Of a DNA stretch of 64,000 bases, positions 47,592 through 56,250 are shown in pieces; position 1 is the stretch's first letter; each line of letters begins with the position of its first letter. The stretch covers positions 2,737 to 66,736 of the forward strand of contig DATARP010000100.1 of assembly GCA_036264075.1 (NCBI GenBank), in the 5' to 3' direction. This DNA comes from Gemmatimonadaceae bacterium. GTDB lineage: Bacteria > Gemmatimonadota > Gemmatimonadetes > Gemmatimonadales > Gemmatimonadaceae. The position numbers and the translations under genes are program-made. The notes below the pieces were generated by a model. It worked only from the letters and a program-made list of their open reading frames with translations. It was not told the origin of the DNA and made no database searches.

Positions 47592-48080
47592 CTACCTCCC
47601 TTGTCCGATGACTTGCTGAACCAACGCCTTCACGTCGAGGACCATGACGGATTTGCCCTCGATCTCCACGACTCCAGTGACTATGCCTTCCCCAGTCGAT
47701 TCCGGGGCGTGTGCGCTCGCGAACTGATCTATCGGGATGTCGTGGATGTCCCGGACGTCGTCGACGGCCACGCCAACCAGTCGCTCGAAATAATCGGCAA
47801 GCAGGATCAGCCCGCCGGTGCGCGCGCACGGGGGCTTTCCAAGCACGACTCCGCCGTCGATGACCGTCACTATCGTTCCTCGCAGGTTGATCAGTCCGCA
47901 CACAGTGTTCGGTGCGCCAGGCAGTCTGGTGGTACGCTGCGTTGGGACGATCTCCCGGAAAGACTCCATGTCACAGGCGAACACGCTGCCGCCGACCTCG
48001 AACGCCAGCAGCCGGCGCGTCGGAATGCGTGGAGCTTCCTCGACCGTCTGTTCCGGTGGGATCGTTACCGACTCACTCAT
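47592..48080 (-). CDS. cheW: Chemotaxis coupling protein CheW
   Basis: TRLPGAP..GLINLRGTIVTVID..GVAVD..LDV. Confidence 0.92.
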   Translation of the reverse strand: MSESVTIPPEQTVEEAPRIPTRRLLAFEVGGSVFACDMESFREIVPTQRTTRLPGAPNTVCGLINLRGTIVTVIDGGVVLGKPPCARTGGLILLADYFERLVGVAVDDVRDIHDIPIDQFASAHAPESTGEGIVTGVVEIEGKSVMVLDVKALVQQVIGQGR

Positions 48081-49044
48081 AGAATCGGAACGCGGTAAGA
48101 GGATCCTGGCCGGTTGGGAGCGCGTGCTCGCCCGACATCACGGACAGCGCGCGCGCGAGGTCTTCCGGAAGCGGGGAGCGGAAATCGAGCGGCTGGCCGG
48201 TCACGGGGTGATTGAACGCGAGCCACGCCGCGTGGAGGAAGTGTCGCTTGGAAGGAAGTCCGGCCACACGACGTCCTCCGCCCCCGCCATACACGTCGTC
48301 GCCCATGACAGGATGGCCGATAGACGCGAGATGAACGCGGATTTGGTGAGTCCGTCCGGAATGGAGATGCGCACGAAGAAGGTCCCCCGCGTCGAACCGG
48401 GCAAGGCGTATGAGGTCGGTCTTGGCCGGCCGACCCTTATTGACGATTGCCATGCGCTTCCGGTCTCGCGGATCCCGGGCTATCGGCTTGTCGATCGTGA
48501 GGGCGTCGCTGGTGAGATGACCCCACGTCATCACCGCATAGCGGCGCACGACCCGGCGGGCGGCTATCGCTGCGCTCAGAATCCGATGCGCCCGGTCGGT
48601 CTTGGCCACCACCAGAAGACCCGATGTCTCCTTGTCGAGGCGGTGCACCATGCCGGCGCGCTCGGGCTCTCCCTCGCTCGACAACGCCCCGCCACGCCCC
48701 AGCAAGGCGTTTACAAGGGTCCCGCTCCAGTTTCCGGGGGCTGGATGCACCACCATTCCGGCCGGCTTGTCAACCACCAGCAAGACATCGTCCTCGTAGA
48801 CGATCGAGACCGGGATGTCTTCCCCGCTGATCGTCCTCTTCTCGGACTTCGGGACCTCGACCCGCACCACGTCGCCCGCAACCGTTCGGTAGCTCGCCTT
48901 TTGTTTCTTTCCGCTCACCAGGACGTGCCCCTGTGCAATCAGGGTCGCCGCCTGGGTGCGCGATAGCTCCGCCTTCTGGGCAATAAAGAGGTCGAGGCGG
49001 ACATCGCTGTCCGCCTCGACCGGAAACTCTTTGATTTCGCTCAG
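48073..49044 (-). CDS. rluD: RluA/RluD family pseudouridine synthase with S4 domain
   Basis: RLD..SR S4 domain, KPAGMVVHP, HRLDKETSG, GRTHQIRVH; start probably CTG 49044 (ORF track uses GTG 49128 inside lspA). Confidence 0.9.
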   Translation of the reverse strand: MSEIKEFPVEADSDVRLDLFIAQKAELSRTQAATLIAQGHVLVSGKKQKASYRTVAGDVVRVEVPKSEKRTISGEDIPVSIVYEDDVLLVVDKPAGMVVHPAPGNWSGTLVNALLGRGGALSSEGEPERAGMVHRLDKETSGLLVVAKTDRAHRILSAAIAARRVVRRYAVMTWGHLTSDALTIDKPIARDPRDRKRMAIVNKGRPAKTDLIRLARFDAGDLLRAHLHSGRTHQIRVHLASIGHPVMGDDVYGGGGGRRVAGLPSKRHFLHAAWLAFNHPVTGQPLDFRSPLPEDLARALSVMSGEHALPTGQDPLTAFRFYE

Positions 49045-49046
49045 GC

Positions 49047-49583
49047 CTAGATCTCCGTCGGCGTATCCGATACTGAAGCCGGAGCAACCACTGGCGCCGG
49101 CGATCGCTCTTCGCCCCAAAGCACCCACGCGAGCAGAAATGCCCCGACACTCACCGCCATGTCGGCGACGTTGAAGGTCGGCCAGCGGATATCGCCGACG
49201 CCGACGTCGATGAAATCGACGACCCCCGTCGCCGACCGGACACGGTCAATGAGATTGCCGACTGCGCCGCCACACACCAGTCCGAGGGCAAGCGTGCGCA
49301 GAAGGTCGCCCTGGCGCGTCGCCTGGTACAGGCGGCCGAGGATCACAAGTGCGCCCGCGGTCAGCGCCATGAAAATCCACCGGGAGTAGATCCCGAGATT
49401 CAGCCCGAACGCCGCGCCGGGATTGTAGACGAGCGTCAACCGGATATGGTTGCCGATTATCTCGTGCGGTATGTGCTGTGGCGAGAGGCTCGCCGCCGCG
49501 ATGATCTTCGTTGCCAGATCCAGCGCGACGACGAGTATAAGCGTGCCCCAGAAGAGGGGCGGATTAGGCTTGGCGCTTTCCAT
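49047..49583 (-). CDS. lspA: Lipoprotein signal peptidase II
   Basis: DLATK, NPGAAFG, GAVGNLIDR, VVDF, FNVAD. Confidence 0.95.
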   Translation of the reverse strand: MESAKPNPPLFWGTLILVVALDLATKIIAAASLSPQHIPHEIIGNHIRLTLVYNPGAAFGLNLGIYSRWIFMALTAGALVILGRLYQATRQGDLLRTLALGLVCGGAVGNLIDRVRSATGVVDFIDVGVGDIRWPTFNVADMAVSVGAFLLAWVLWGEERSPAPVVAPASVSDTPTEI

Positions 49584-49986
49584 CTTCTTCGCGCTGCTTG
49601 CACTCGATGCAGTATCTGGCGTGCGGCAGTGCGTCGAGACGCTCGAAGCTGATCTCTCGCCCGCAGTTGTGGCATTTGCCGAACTGTTCGGGATTGCGAT
49701 AAAGGCGGCGGAGCGCCTCGTCGATATGCCAGAGAAAACGTCCTTCCTGACTGGCGAAGAGGAACGCTTTCTCCCGCTCCATTGCGTCAGTGCCCTGGTC
49801 GGCCATGTGGAAGGAGTACGCGCTCAGGTCGCCGTCCGCGCCCTGCGGAGTCGATCCGAACGTCTCGTCATAGTGACCCAGCTCCTTCAGGACGCGCTTG
49901 CGCTCTTCCAGCAGGCGCTTCTCGAAATGCACGAGGTTCTTCTTCGGCATAGCCTTCGGTTTTTTGCTGCTAGCTGCAGTTGCCAT
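49564..49986 (-). CDS. dksA: DksA/TraR family C4 zinc-finger protein
   Basis: Coiled coil with HMADQGTD tip; CHNC..CIEC; ERLDALP. Confidence 0.85.
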   Translation of the reverse strand: MATAASSKKPKAMPKKNLVHFEKRLLEERKRVLKELGHYDETFGSTPQGADGDLSAYSFHMADQGTDAMEREKAFLFASQEGRFLWHIDEALRRLYRNPEQFGKCHNCGREISFERLDALPHARYCIECKQREEDGKRQA

Positions 49987-49988
49987 TT

Positions 49989-52900
49989 CTAACCTACCCT
50001 CTCCAAGGCGACTTCGACGCTCTGCCCATCAAGGTCGAACGCTTGCGTCGCGTGTGTTCCTTCGATTTTATCGCCGACCGAAACGCGGACGGCTAGAACT
50101 TCCTCGGCGATCCATTGCTGAAACGCCTTCATCGCTTCCTGAATCTCTGCATTCGCCCCCACAAAAAGCGTGATGCGATCACTCACGGCGAAACCCAATT
50201 CCTTCCTCAGCTTTTGAATCCTGCTCACCAGCTCTCGCGCCAGCCCTTCGAGCCGAAGCTCTCGGGTAACAACAGGATCGAGCGCGGCAAAATATCCGAC
50301 TTCCTCCTTCACCACCAACTCACCAGACGCGCGGCGAACGACCGTCAGGTCCTCCGCGCTCAGCTCGCGAGATTCGTTTTCCACCGAAACGTACAACGGC
50401 TTCCCCGCCTCGAACTCCCTCAGCGCTTCACTGCTGAGGGCATGGACCGCTTCGCTGGCCAGAGGCGTGTTCTTGCCGAACTTCTTACCCAGCGAACGGA
50501 AATTCGGCTTAGCCTCTAAAGTTACTAGGTCGTCAGCGCTGGAGATGAACTCGACCTTTTTAATGTTCAGCTCGGCCGCCAGGAGGGGGCTTAACTCCCC
50601 GAGCAGCGACTCCGCCTGGGCAGCCACCCCGCGGTGCAGGACCCCTGATAAAGGCACGACACATACCATCCTGCCGAGCGGCTGGCGCACCTTAACCCCG
50701 GCTTCCTCCCGGGCTGCCCGGCCGAGGGTGGCCAGCGTCCGAATCTGCAGCATCGCCCTCTCGAGGTCGACGTCGATAGTCCCGAGGTGGGAGCGCGCGT
50801 ACGGCGCCAGATGCACCGACCCTCCGGTCAGCTCACGGTGCACCCAATCGGTTATGAACGGGGCAAATGGCGCCAGCAGCCGGCAGGTCACTGTGAGGAC
50901 CTCGTGCAGGGTGGCAAACGCCGCACGATTGTCGTCCTCGTCGACGTCGTAGAACCGGTGCCGGCTCTGCCGCACGTACCACTTCGAGACGTCCTCATCA
51001 AAGAAATTCATGACCGCTTTCGCAGCGTTCGTCGCCTCGTAGCGGCCAAGCATCTCATCGGCCTCCCGCTCCACGGACGCCAGCCGCGAAAGCACCCATC
51101 GATCCAGAAGCGGCCGATCGGGGGGCGCAGGATCCTTATCGCTCGGACGCCACCCGAAATTCGCGTACTCCGCAAAGATTCCGGTGTAGACGTTCTTGAA
51201 CGTGAGGAGAAATCGACCAGCCGTGTCGCGGATTCCCGCCTCGTCGAACCGGCGAGGGGTCCAGATCTGGCTCGAAGTCGTCAGGAAGAGACGAACAGCG
51301 TCCGCGCCGTAACGTGGAATCACGGACCCCGGCTCGATGATGTTTCCTAGGCGCTTCGACATCTTCTGCCCCTCGGCGTCGAGAACGAGATCGTTGACGA
51401 CGACGGTCCGATACGGCGCGGTCTCGCCGATCGCGGGACTATGTGCCTCGTGAGCGAGCAGGTTGTTCGGAAGCGCGTCGCCGAGTCCGGTCGCGATCGC
51501 CAGCAGCGAGTAGAACCATCCGCGCGTCTGATCGATACCCTCGGCGATGAAATCCGCGGGATAGTAGCGCTCGAACGTCTCGCGATTCTCGAACGGGAAA
51601 TGCCATTGCGCGAACGGCATGGACCCGGAGTCGAACCACGCATCGACCACTTCGGGCGTGCGCGCCATCGTGCCTCCGCACGAGCACTTCCAGGTGTAGC
51701 GATCGATGAAGGGCTTGTGCGGATCAAAGTTCTTTTCCAGCGCAACGCCTGACCTCTCGGCCAGCTCCGCAAAGCCCCCAATTGCCTCCGCGTGCGACGC
51801 ATCACGGTCGCACACCCAGATGGGAAGAGGAGTGCCCCAATAGCGATCGCGTGAGACGGCCCAGTCGATGTTGTTCGTCAGCCACTCTCCGAAGCGACCA
51901 GCGCCAACTTCGGGCGGGTGCCAGTCGACTCGCGAGTTCCGGACGAGCATTGCGTCCTTGAATTCAGTGGTGCGGATGAACCACGACGTGCGGGCGTAGT
52001 ACAGCAGCGGCGTCTCGCAACGCCAGCAGTGAGGGTACGCGTGCTCGTGGAGACTGGATTTCCAGAGGAGGCCACGCCGCTTCAGCTCCTCGAGAATTAC
52101 GGCGTCGGCTTCCTTGACAAACATTCCGCCAACCAGCGGCAGGTCTTCCGGAAATTCGCCGCGAAGATTTACGGGCTGAAGAAACGCAAGCCCGTTCCGT
52201 TGCCCAGCCGCGTAATCGTCCGCGCCGAAAGCAGGCGCCATGTGAACGACGCCCGTTCCCTCGTCGGCCGAGACGAACGACTCGCCGATGATGATCTCGT
52301 GCTTGCCCTCCTTATAGGGGATCCAATCGAGTGGACGCTTGTAAGTCTTGCCGACGAGATCGGTTCCGCGAAACGAGCGCACTGTCTCCCAGCGTCCGGC
52401 GAAATCGTCGCCGAGAACAGCCGGAGTACGAGCGAGCGCGAGGATGATCGTCTCGTCCGTTTCCGATTTCCGCTTCCGAAGCTCCACGTATTCCAGCGAC
52501 GGATTCACGGCCAGCGCGACGTTCGAGACGAGCGTCCAGGGAGTGGTCGTCCACACGAGTATGCGCTGGCGAGAGTTCGCACCCGTCCCGACGAGATCGA
52601 GCGCCACATAGGCGCTCGGATCCTTTACATCCTTGTAGCCCTGCGCGACCTCGTGGCTCGACAGCGTCGTTCCGCACCGCGCGCAATACGGCAGTACCTT
52701 GTGGCCACGATACAGTCGCCCGCGCCTGAACAGCGTGGCGAGGGCCCACCACACGCTCTCGATGTAATTGTTGGAGTAGGTGACGTACGGATCGCTGTAG
52801 TCGAGCCAGTATCCGATCCGCTCGCTCAGCTGCTCCCAATCCGCCCTGTAGCGCCACACACTCTCGCGGCACATTTCATTGAAGCGCTCGACGCCGATCT

Positions 52901-53300
52901 TTTCGATCTGCTGCTTGGCAGTCCGAATTCCGAAGTCCGTCTCGATCCTCTTCTCCACTTCGATCTCGACAGGAAGCCCGTGAGTATCCCATCCGGCTTT
53001 GCGCGCGACGTGGAAACCGCGCATTGCGCGGTGGCGGCAGAAAAGATCCTTCACGGTTCGCGAGAAGACGTGATGGATTCCCGGGCGTCCATTGGCCGTC
53101 GGCGGTCCTTCGAAAAAGACGAACTCGGGCTTGCCCTTCGCTTGGGCGAGCGTCTGCTGGAAGAGGTTCTCCTCTTTCCACAGAGCCAGCACCTCTTGCT
53201 CTAGTTCGTCGGGGGAGCGGTCGGTTGGAAGAAGGCGGAACCGCCCGTCCCCCGCTTTCGCGTCTCCGCCCGCCAACTTCTCGGGGCGGACTGCGGTCAT
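49989..53300 (-). CDS. ileS: Isoleucine--tRNA ligase (type 2)
   Basis: EGPPTANGRPGIHH, GWDTHGLPVE, WTTTPWTL, SRDRYWGTP, DQTRGWFY, KMSKR; no C-terminal zinc finger. Confidence 0.96.
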   Translation of the reverse strand: MTAVRPEKLAGGDAKAGDGRFRLLPTDRSPDELEQEVLALWKEENLFQQTLAQAKGKPEFVFFEGPPTANGRPGIHHVFSRTVKDLFCRHRAMRGFHVARKAGWDTHGLPVEIEVEKRIETDFGIRTAKQQIEKIGVERFNEMCRESVWRYRADWEQLSERIGYWLDYSDPYVTYSNNYIESVWWALATLFRRGRLYRGHKVLPYCARCGTTLSSHEVAQGYKDVKDPSAYVALDLVGTGANSRQRILVWTTTPWTLVSNVALAVNPSLEYVELRKRKSETDETIILALARTPAVLGDDFAGRWETVRSFRGTDLVGKTYKRPLDWIPYKEGKHEIIIGESFVSADEGTGVVHMAPAFGADDYAAGQRNGLAFLQPVNLRGEFPEDLPLVGGMFVKEADAVILEELKRRGLLWKSSLHEHAYPHCWRCETPLLYYARTSWFIRTTEFKDAMLVRNSRVDWHPPEVGAGRFGEWLTNNIDWAVSRDRYWGTPLPIWVCDRDASHAEAIGGFAELAERSGVALEKNFDPHKPFIDRYTWKCSCGGTMARTPEVVDAWFDSGSMPFAQWHFPFENRETFERYYPADFIAEGIDQTRGWFYSLLAIATGLGDALPNNLLAHEAHSPAIGETAPYRTVVVNDLVLDAEGQKMSKRLGNIIEPGSVIPRYGADAVRLFLTTSSQIWTPRRFDEAGIRDTAGRFLLTFKNVYTGIFAEYANFGWRPSDKDPAPPDRPLLDRWVLSRLASVEREADEMLGRYEATNAAKAVMNFFDEDVSKWYVRQSRHRFYDVDEDDNRAAFATLHEVLTVTCRLLAPFAPFITDWVHRELTGGSVHLAPYARSHLGTIDVDLERAMLQIRTLATLGRAAREEAGVKVRQPLGRMVCVVPLSGVLHRGVAAQAESLLGELSPLLAAELNIKKVEFISSADDLVTLEAKPNFRSLGKKFGKNTPLASEAVHALSSEALREFEAGKPLYVSVENESRELSAEDLTVVRRASGELVVKEEVGYFAALDPVVTRELRLEGLARELVSRIQKLRKELGFAVSDRITLFVGANAEIQEAMKAFQQWIAEEVLAVRVSVGDKIEGTHATQAFDLDGQSVEVALERVG

Positions 53301-53818
53301 TCTTGAGTTGGTCCCGAAGAGTTGGAGCCCGCGCCTCGGAGCGTGTTGGCGACGACGTGCGAATCGGACGCTTCCACCTCGGAGAGCTGGCGCGCAATCA
53401 AAGTCCGCATCTGGGCGAGATAGGTGCGGCGTGAGCGATCGAGATTGTCGAGCACCTCCTCCATGCGGCGTACGTCCGCCTTCGCGGCCTCGATGATCCG
53501 TTCTCCCTCGGCCTGTGCCTCGCGGAGAATGAGCTGCGCTTCGCGCTCGGCTTGCTCGCGGACTTCGCCGCGCAGCTGCTGGGCAGAGACGAGCGCGTCG
53601 TTAAGCGCTTTGTCGCGATCACGGAATGCGCGCAGCTGCTCGTGGAAGCTGCGGGCCTTCGCATCGAGGTCCTGGTTGATGCGCGTGAGCCTCTCCATCT
53701 CCTCGGCGACCTGATCCCGGAACTGATCCACGCGCGCGGGATTGTACCCGCGAATCGCCCGACCGAAGTCGTAGCGCCGCACGTCCAGAGGCGTCAAATG
53801 AAACGATTCGTCAATCAT
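53297..53818 (-). CDS. divIVA: DivIVA domain protein
   Basis: LTPLDV..F.RAIRGY...VD.F N-domain followed by a long coiled coil. Confidence 0.88.
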   Translation of the reverse strand: MIDESFHLTPLDVRRYDFGRAIRGYNPARVDQFRDQVAEEMERLTRINQDLDAKARSFHEQLRAFRDRDKALNDALVSAQQLRGEVREQAEREAQLILREAQAEGERIIEAAKADVRRMEEVLDNLDRSRRTYLAQMRTLIARQLSEVEASDSHVVANTLRGAGSNSSGPTQE

Positions 53819-54498
53819 TTAGCCCTCGCTCCGAAGAGGGTGGTACCAAGCCGGACCATTGTTGCGCCTTCTTCCACAGCGATCTCGTAATCGTTGGACA
53901 TTCCCATCGACAGCTCCTCCGCGGGATGACCGGCCTCGACCAAAGCCTGCCGCGCGTCGCGCGCTGCTGCGAAAGTCCGGTGAAGCTCAGATTCTGTTGC
54001 AGTAAAGCTAGCCATTGTCATCACGCCGCGAACGCGTATTCCCACGAGCGTCGCCAGCCGCTCGGCCTCCGGCAGCAGCTCGGAGTGCGTGAAACCACCC
54101 TTCGAGCTCTCTCCCGAGAGATTGAGCTCCACCAGCGCATCCACTGCCCGACCGCGCTCGACCCCATACGCACACACCGCATCCGCCAACCTGGCGCTAT
54201 CAAGCGAGTGAAGCAGTACGAAGTGCTCCAGCGCTTTCACCTTGTTCCGCTGGAGGTGACCGATCAAATGCCAGCGAACGGGCACATCGACTCCGCCCAT
54301 TTTCTTCAACGCTTCCTGAACTTTGTTTTCGCCGACGTCGTGCAGGCCCACCTCGTACGCCGCGCTGGCGGCGTCGGGCCCATGCGTCTTGGTGACCGCC
54401 ACGATGGTCACCCGCTGCCCGTGACCGCCGCGCGTTACCGCCGCGGCTATCCTGGCTCGCACATCGGCCACACGCTCAGCCAGGCCGGGAAAAGCCAT
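53815..54498 (-). CDS. yggS: PLP homeostasis protein YggS
   Basis: VAVTKT, GENKVQE, WHLIGHLQRNK, LSMGMSND, VRLGT. Confidence 0.95.
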   Translation of the reverse strand: MAFPGLAERVADVRARIAAAVTRGGHGQRVTIVAVTKTHGPDAASAAYEVGLHDVGENKVQEALKKMGGVDVPVRWHLIGHLQRNKVKALEHFVLLHSLDSARLADAVCAYGVERGRAVDALVELNLSGESSKGGFTHSELLPEAERLATLVGIRVRGVMTMASFTATESELHRTFAAARDARQALVEAGHPAEELSMGMSNDYEIAVEEGATMVRLGTTLFGARAK

Positions 54499-54509
54499 AG
54501 CCGGTGAAT

Positions 54510-55007
54510 TTAGCCGCGGCCGAGTGTCCTCTTCAAGCTCAGCTTCCGAAGTCGCGCGAGCATTCCCTCGTCGGGGCCTTTGACATTGATCTCGACGGAC
54601 GCTGCGTAAGCCGTTCCCGTGATCCGCACGGTTCTGAGCCCGGTAGCTGCTGTCGGTGAAACGCCCCCCTGATACTTCACCACGAACGATCCGAGCAAAG
54701 AGTCACCTTCGCTCTCCACGATGACATCGGGAGGGACGGTGATCTCGATATTGCCCATCACAGCCACAGCCTCGATCGACGAGACTCCGATTCCAATCAC
54801 GGCTTCGCGCAAATCGAGCTCGACATTTCCTAGCACCGCCAGCGCGCGGAAATGGCGGGGCAGCTCCCACCGGCCCTCCCGCTCGTTGCTGCTCAAAAAG
54901 GATACGAGGCCGCCGCGATCCGGCGCCGGCACCAGGTACGCCTCCTGATTGTACTGGGCACCGCTCTCACTGGCGGAACGTTGATCTGCTGATTGGAAAT
55001 CGCCCAT
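54510..55007 (-). CDS. LiaF C-terminal-like beta-repeat protein, hypothetical
   Basis: LGNVELDLREA..MGNIEITVP..LLGS pattern typical of DUF2154/DUF1707-associated domains. Confidence 0.6.
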   Translation of the reverse strand: MGDFQSADQRSASESGAQYNQEAYLVPAPDRGGLVSFLSSNEREGRWELPRHFRALAVLGNVELDLREAVIGIGVSSIEAVAVMGNIEITVPPDVIVESEGDSLLGSFVVKYQGGVSPTAATGLRTVRITGTAYAASVEINVKGPDEGMLARLRKLSLKRTLGRG

Positions 55008-55065
55008 CGGAAACTCCTCGCGGCGGTTACAGCGTATTACGGCGCGGATGTGGAATTGGTTGCCG

Positions 55066-56250
55066 CTACCTGGCGAAGATGCGACCGACCAGCTTCACGA
55101 TATTCTGCATGTTCCGGCTGATGTCGTTGAACATCACGGTGACGAAGAGGAGCCCGATTATCAGAAGACCTCCCTTCAGAATATTCTCGCGGCTCCGCGT
55201 GCTGAATGCGCTTCCTTTTATCGTCTCGGCGACGTTGAGCACTATCTGACCACCGTCGAGAATCGGGATCGGCAGCAGGTTGAACACGGCGACGTTGATG
55301 CTGATGAGCGCGATCAGGGCGAGCAGATTCTCGATTCCCCCCCGGGCGGCCTGCACCGACACCTGCGCAATGGCAATCGGGCCGCCGAGATCGGACACGC
55401 CAGCGCCTGTCGAGATGAGGGCTCGCAGCGTGTAGAAGATTCTTCCGCCATTGTCGAGCGTGAGCCGCCACGCTTCGCCGAACGCACGGCTTACAGGAAC
55501 AGGAGTGAAGATCTCTGTCGCGACCATTCCGATTCGCCCCAACCGCTTCCTCTCGCCCGTGCGAGGATCAGCTGCCGTCTCAGCCAAGGGCGTTATGTGG
55601 ATTGTGATCGGCTGGCCGTGGCGCACGACTTCCAGCGTGAGAGGAACGCCGGCCGACGCGCCAATGCTGTCCAGCAACGACATCCAGCTCTCTAGGCGCT
55701 TTCCGTTCAGCGACACGATGCTGTCGCCGGGCTGGATTCCAGCCTGGGCAGCTGGCTTCCCCAGACTCACGGCAGCAGCCACCGGGATGGGGGTGGGAAT
55801 CCCCGAGCGCAGCAACAGACCGACGTAAATGACATACGCGAGCACCGCATTCATGGTGACGCCCGCCAGCATGATGAACAGTCGGGCCGGAAGCGGTTTT
55901 GATTCGAACCACCGGGATTCCGGAATCGGCTTAGGGCCGAACGGAATCATTGCCTCGGGATCGTATCCCTCCTGCTGAGTGGGCGCCGTGGTCGCGGAAT
56001 TCTCGCTCCCGCCTTCGAGGAACGCGGTAGCCTCGTCTTCTCTGGACGCCATCCGCACGTAACCTCCGAGGGGGAGGGCGGCGAGAACATACTCGGTCTC
56101 CCCAAATCGCTTTTTCAGCAAGGCCGGTCCGAAGCCAATGGAGAAGCGCGGCGCGTAAACGCCGGTGACCTTGGCGGCAATGAAATGCCCGAGCTCGTGG
56201 ACGAAGACAACCAGTCCGAAGACGATGATCGGAGCGAGCCAGCTCAGCAC
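55066..56250 (-). CDS. rseP: Intramembrane zinc metalloprotease RseP
   Basis: HELGH, FSIGFG, PLGGYV, PDZ, NLLPIPILDGG. Confidence 0.95.
   Translation of the reverse strand: MLSWLAPIIVFGLVVFVHELGHFIAAKVTGVYAPRFSIGFGPALLKKRFGETEYVLAALPLGGYVRMASREDEATAFLEGGSENSATTAPTQQEGYDPEAMIPFGPKPIPESRWFESKPLPARLFIMLAGVTMNAVLAYVIYVGLLLRSGIPTPIPVAAAVSLGKPAAQAGIQPGDSIVSLNGKRLESWMSLLDSIGASAGVPLTLEVVRHGQPITIHITPLAETAADPRTGERKRLGRIGMVATEIFTPVPVSRAFGEAWRLTLDNGGRIFYTLRALISTGAGVSDLGGPIAIAQVSVQAARGGIENLLALIALISINVAVFNLLPIPILDGGQIVLNVAETIKGSAFSTRSRENILKGGLLIIGLLFVTVMFNDISRNMQNIVKLVGRIFAR

Noticed and set aside
34971-48080. Che-Mgl cluster as an island integrated at tRNA-Val
   Set aside because: No integrase, transposase or duplicated tRNA end was seen; the cluster lies on the 5' side of the tRNA and overlaps rluD
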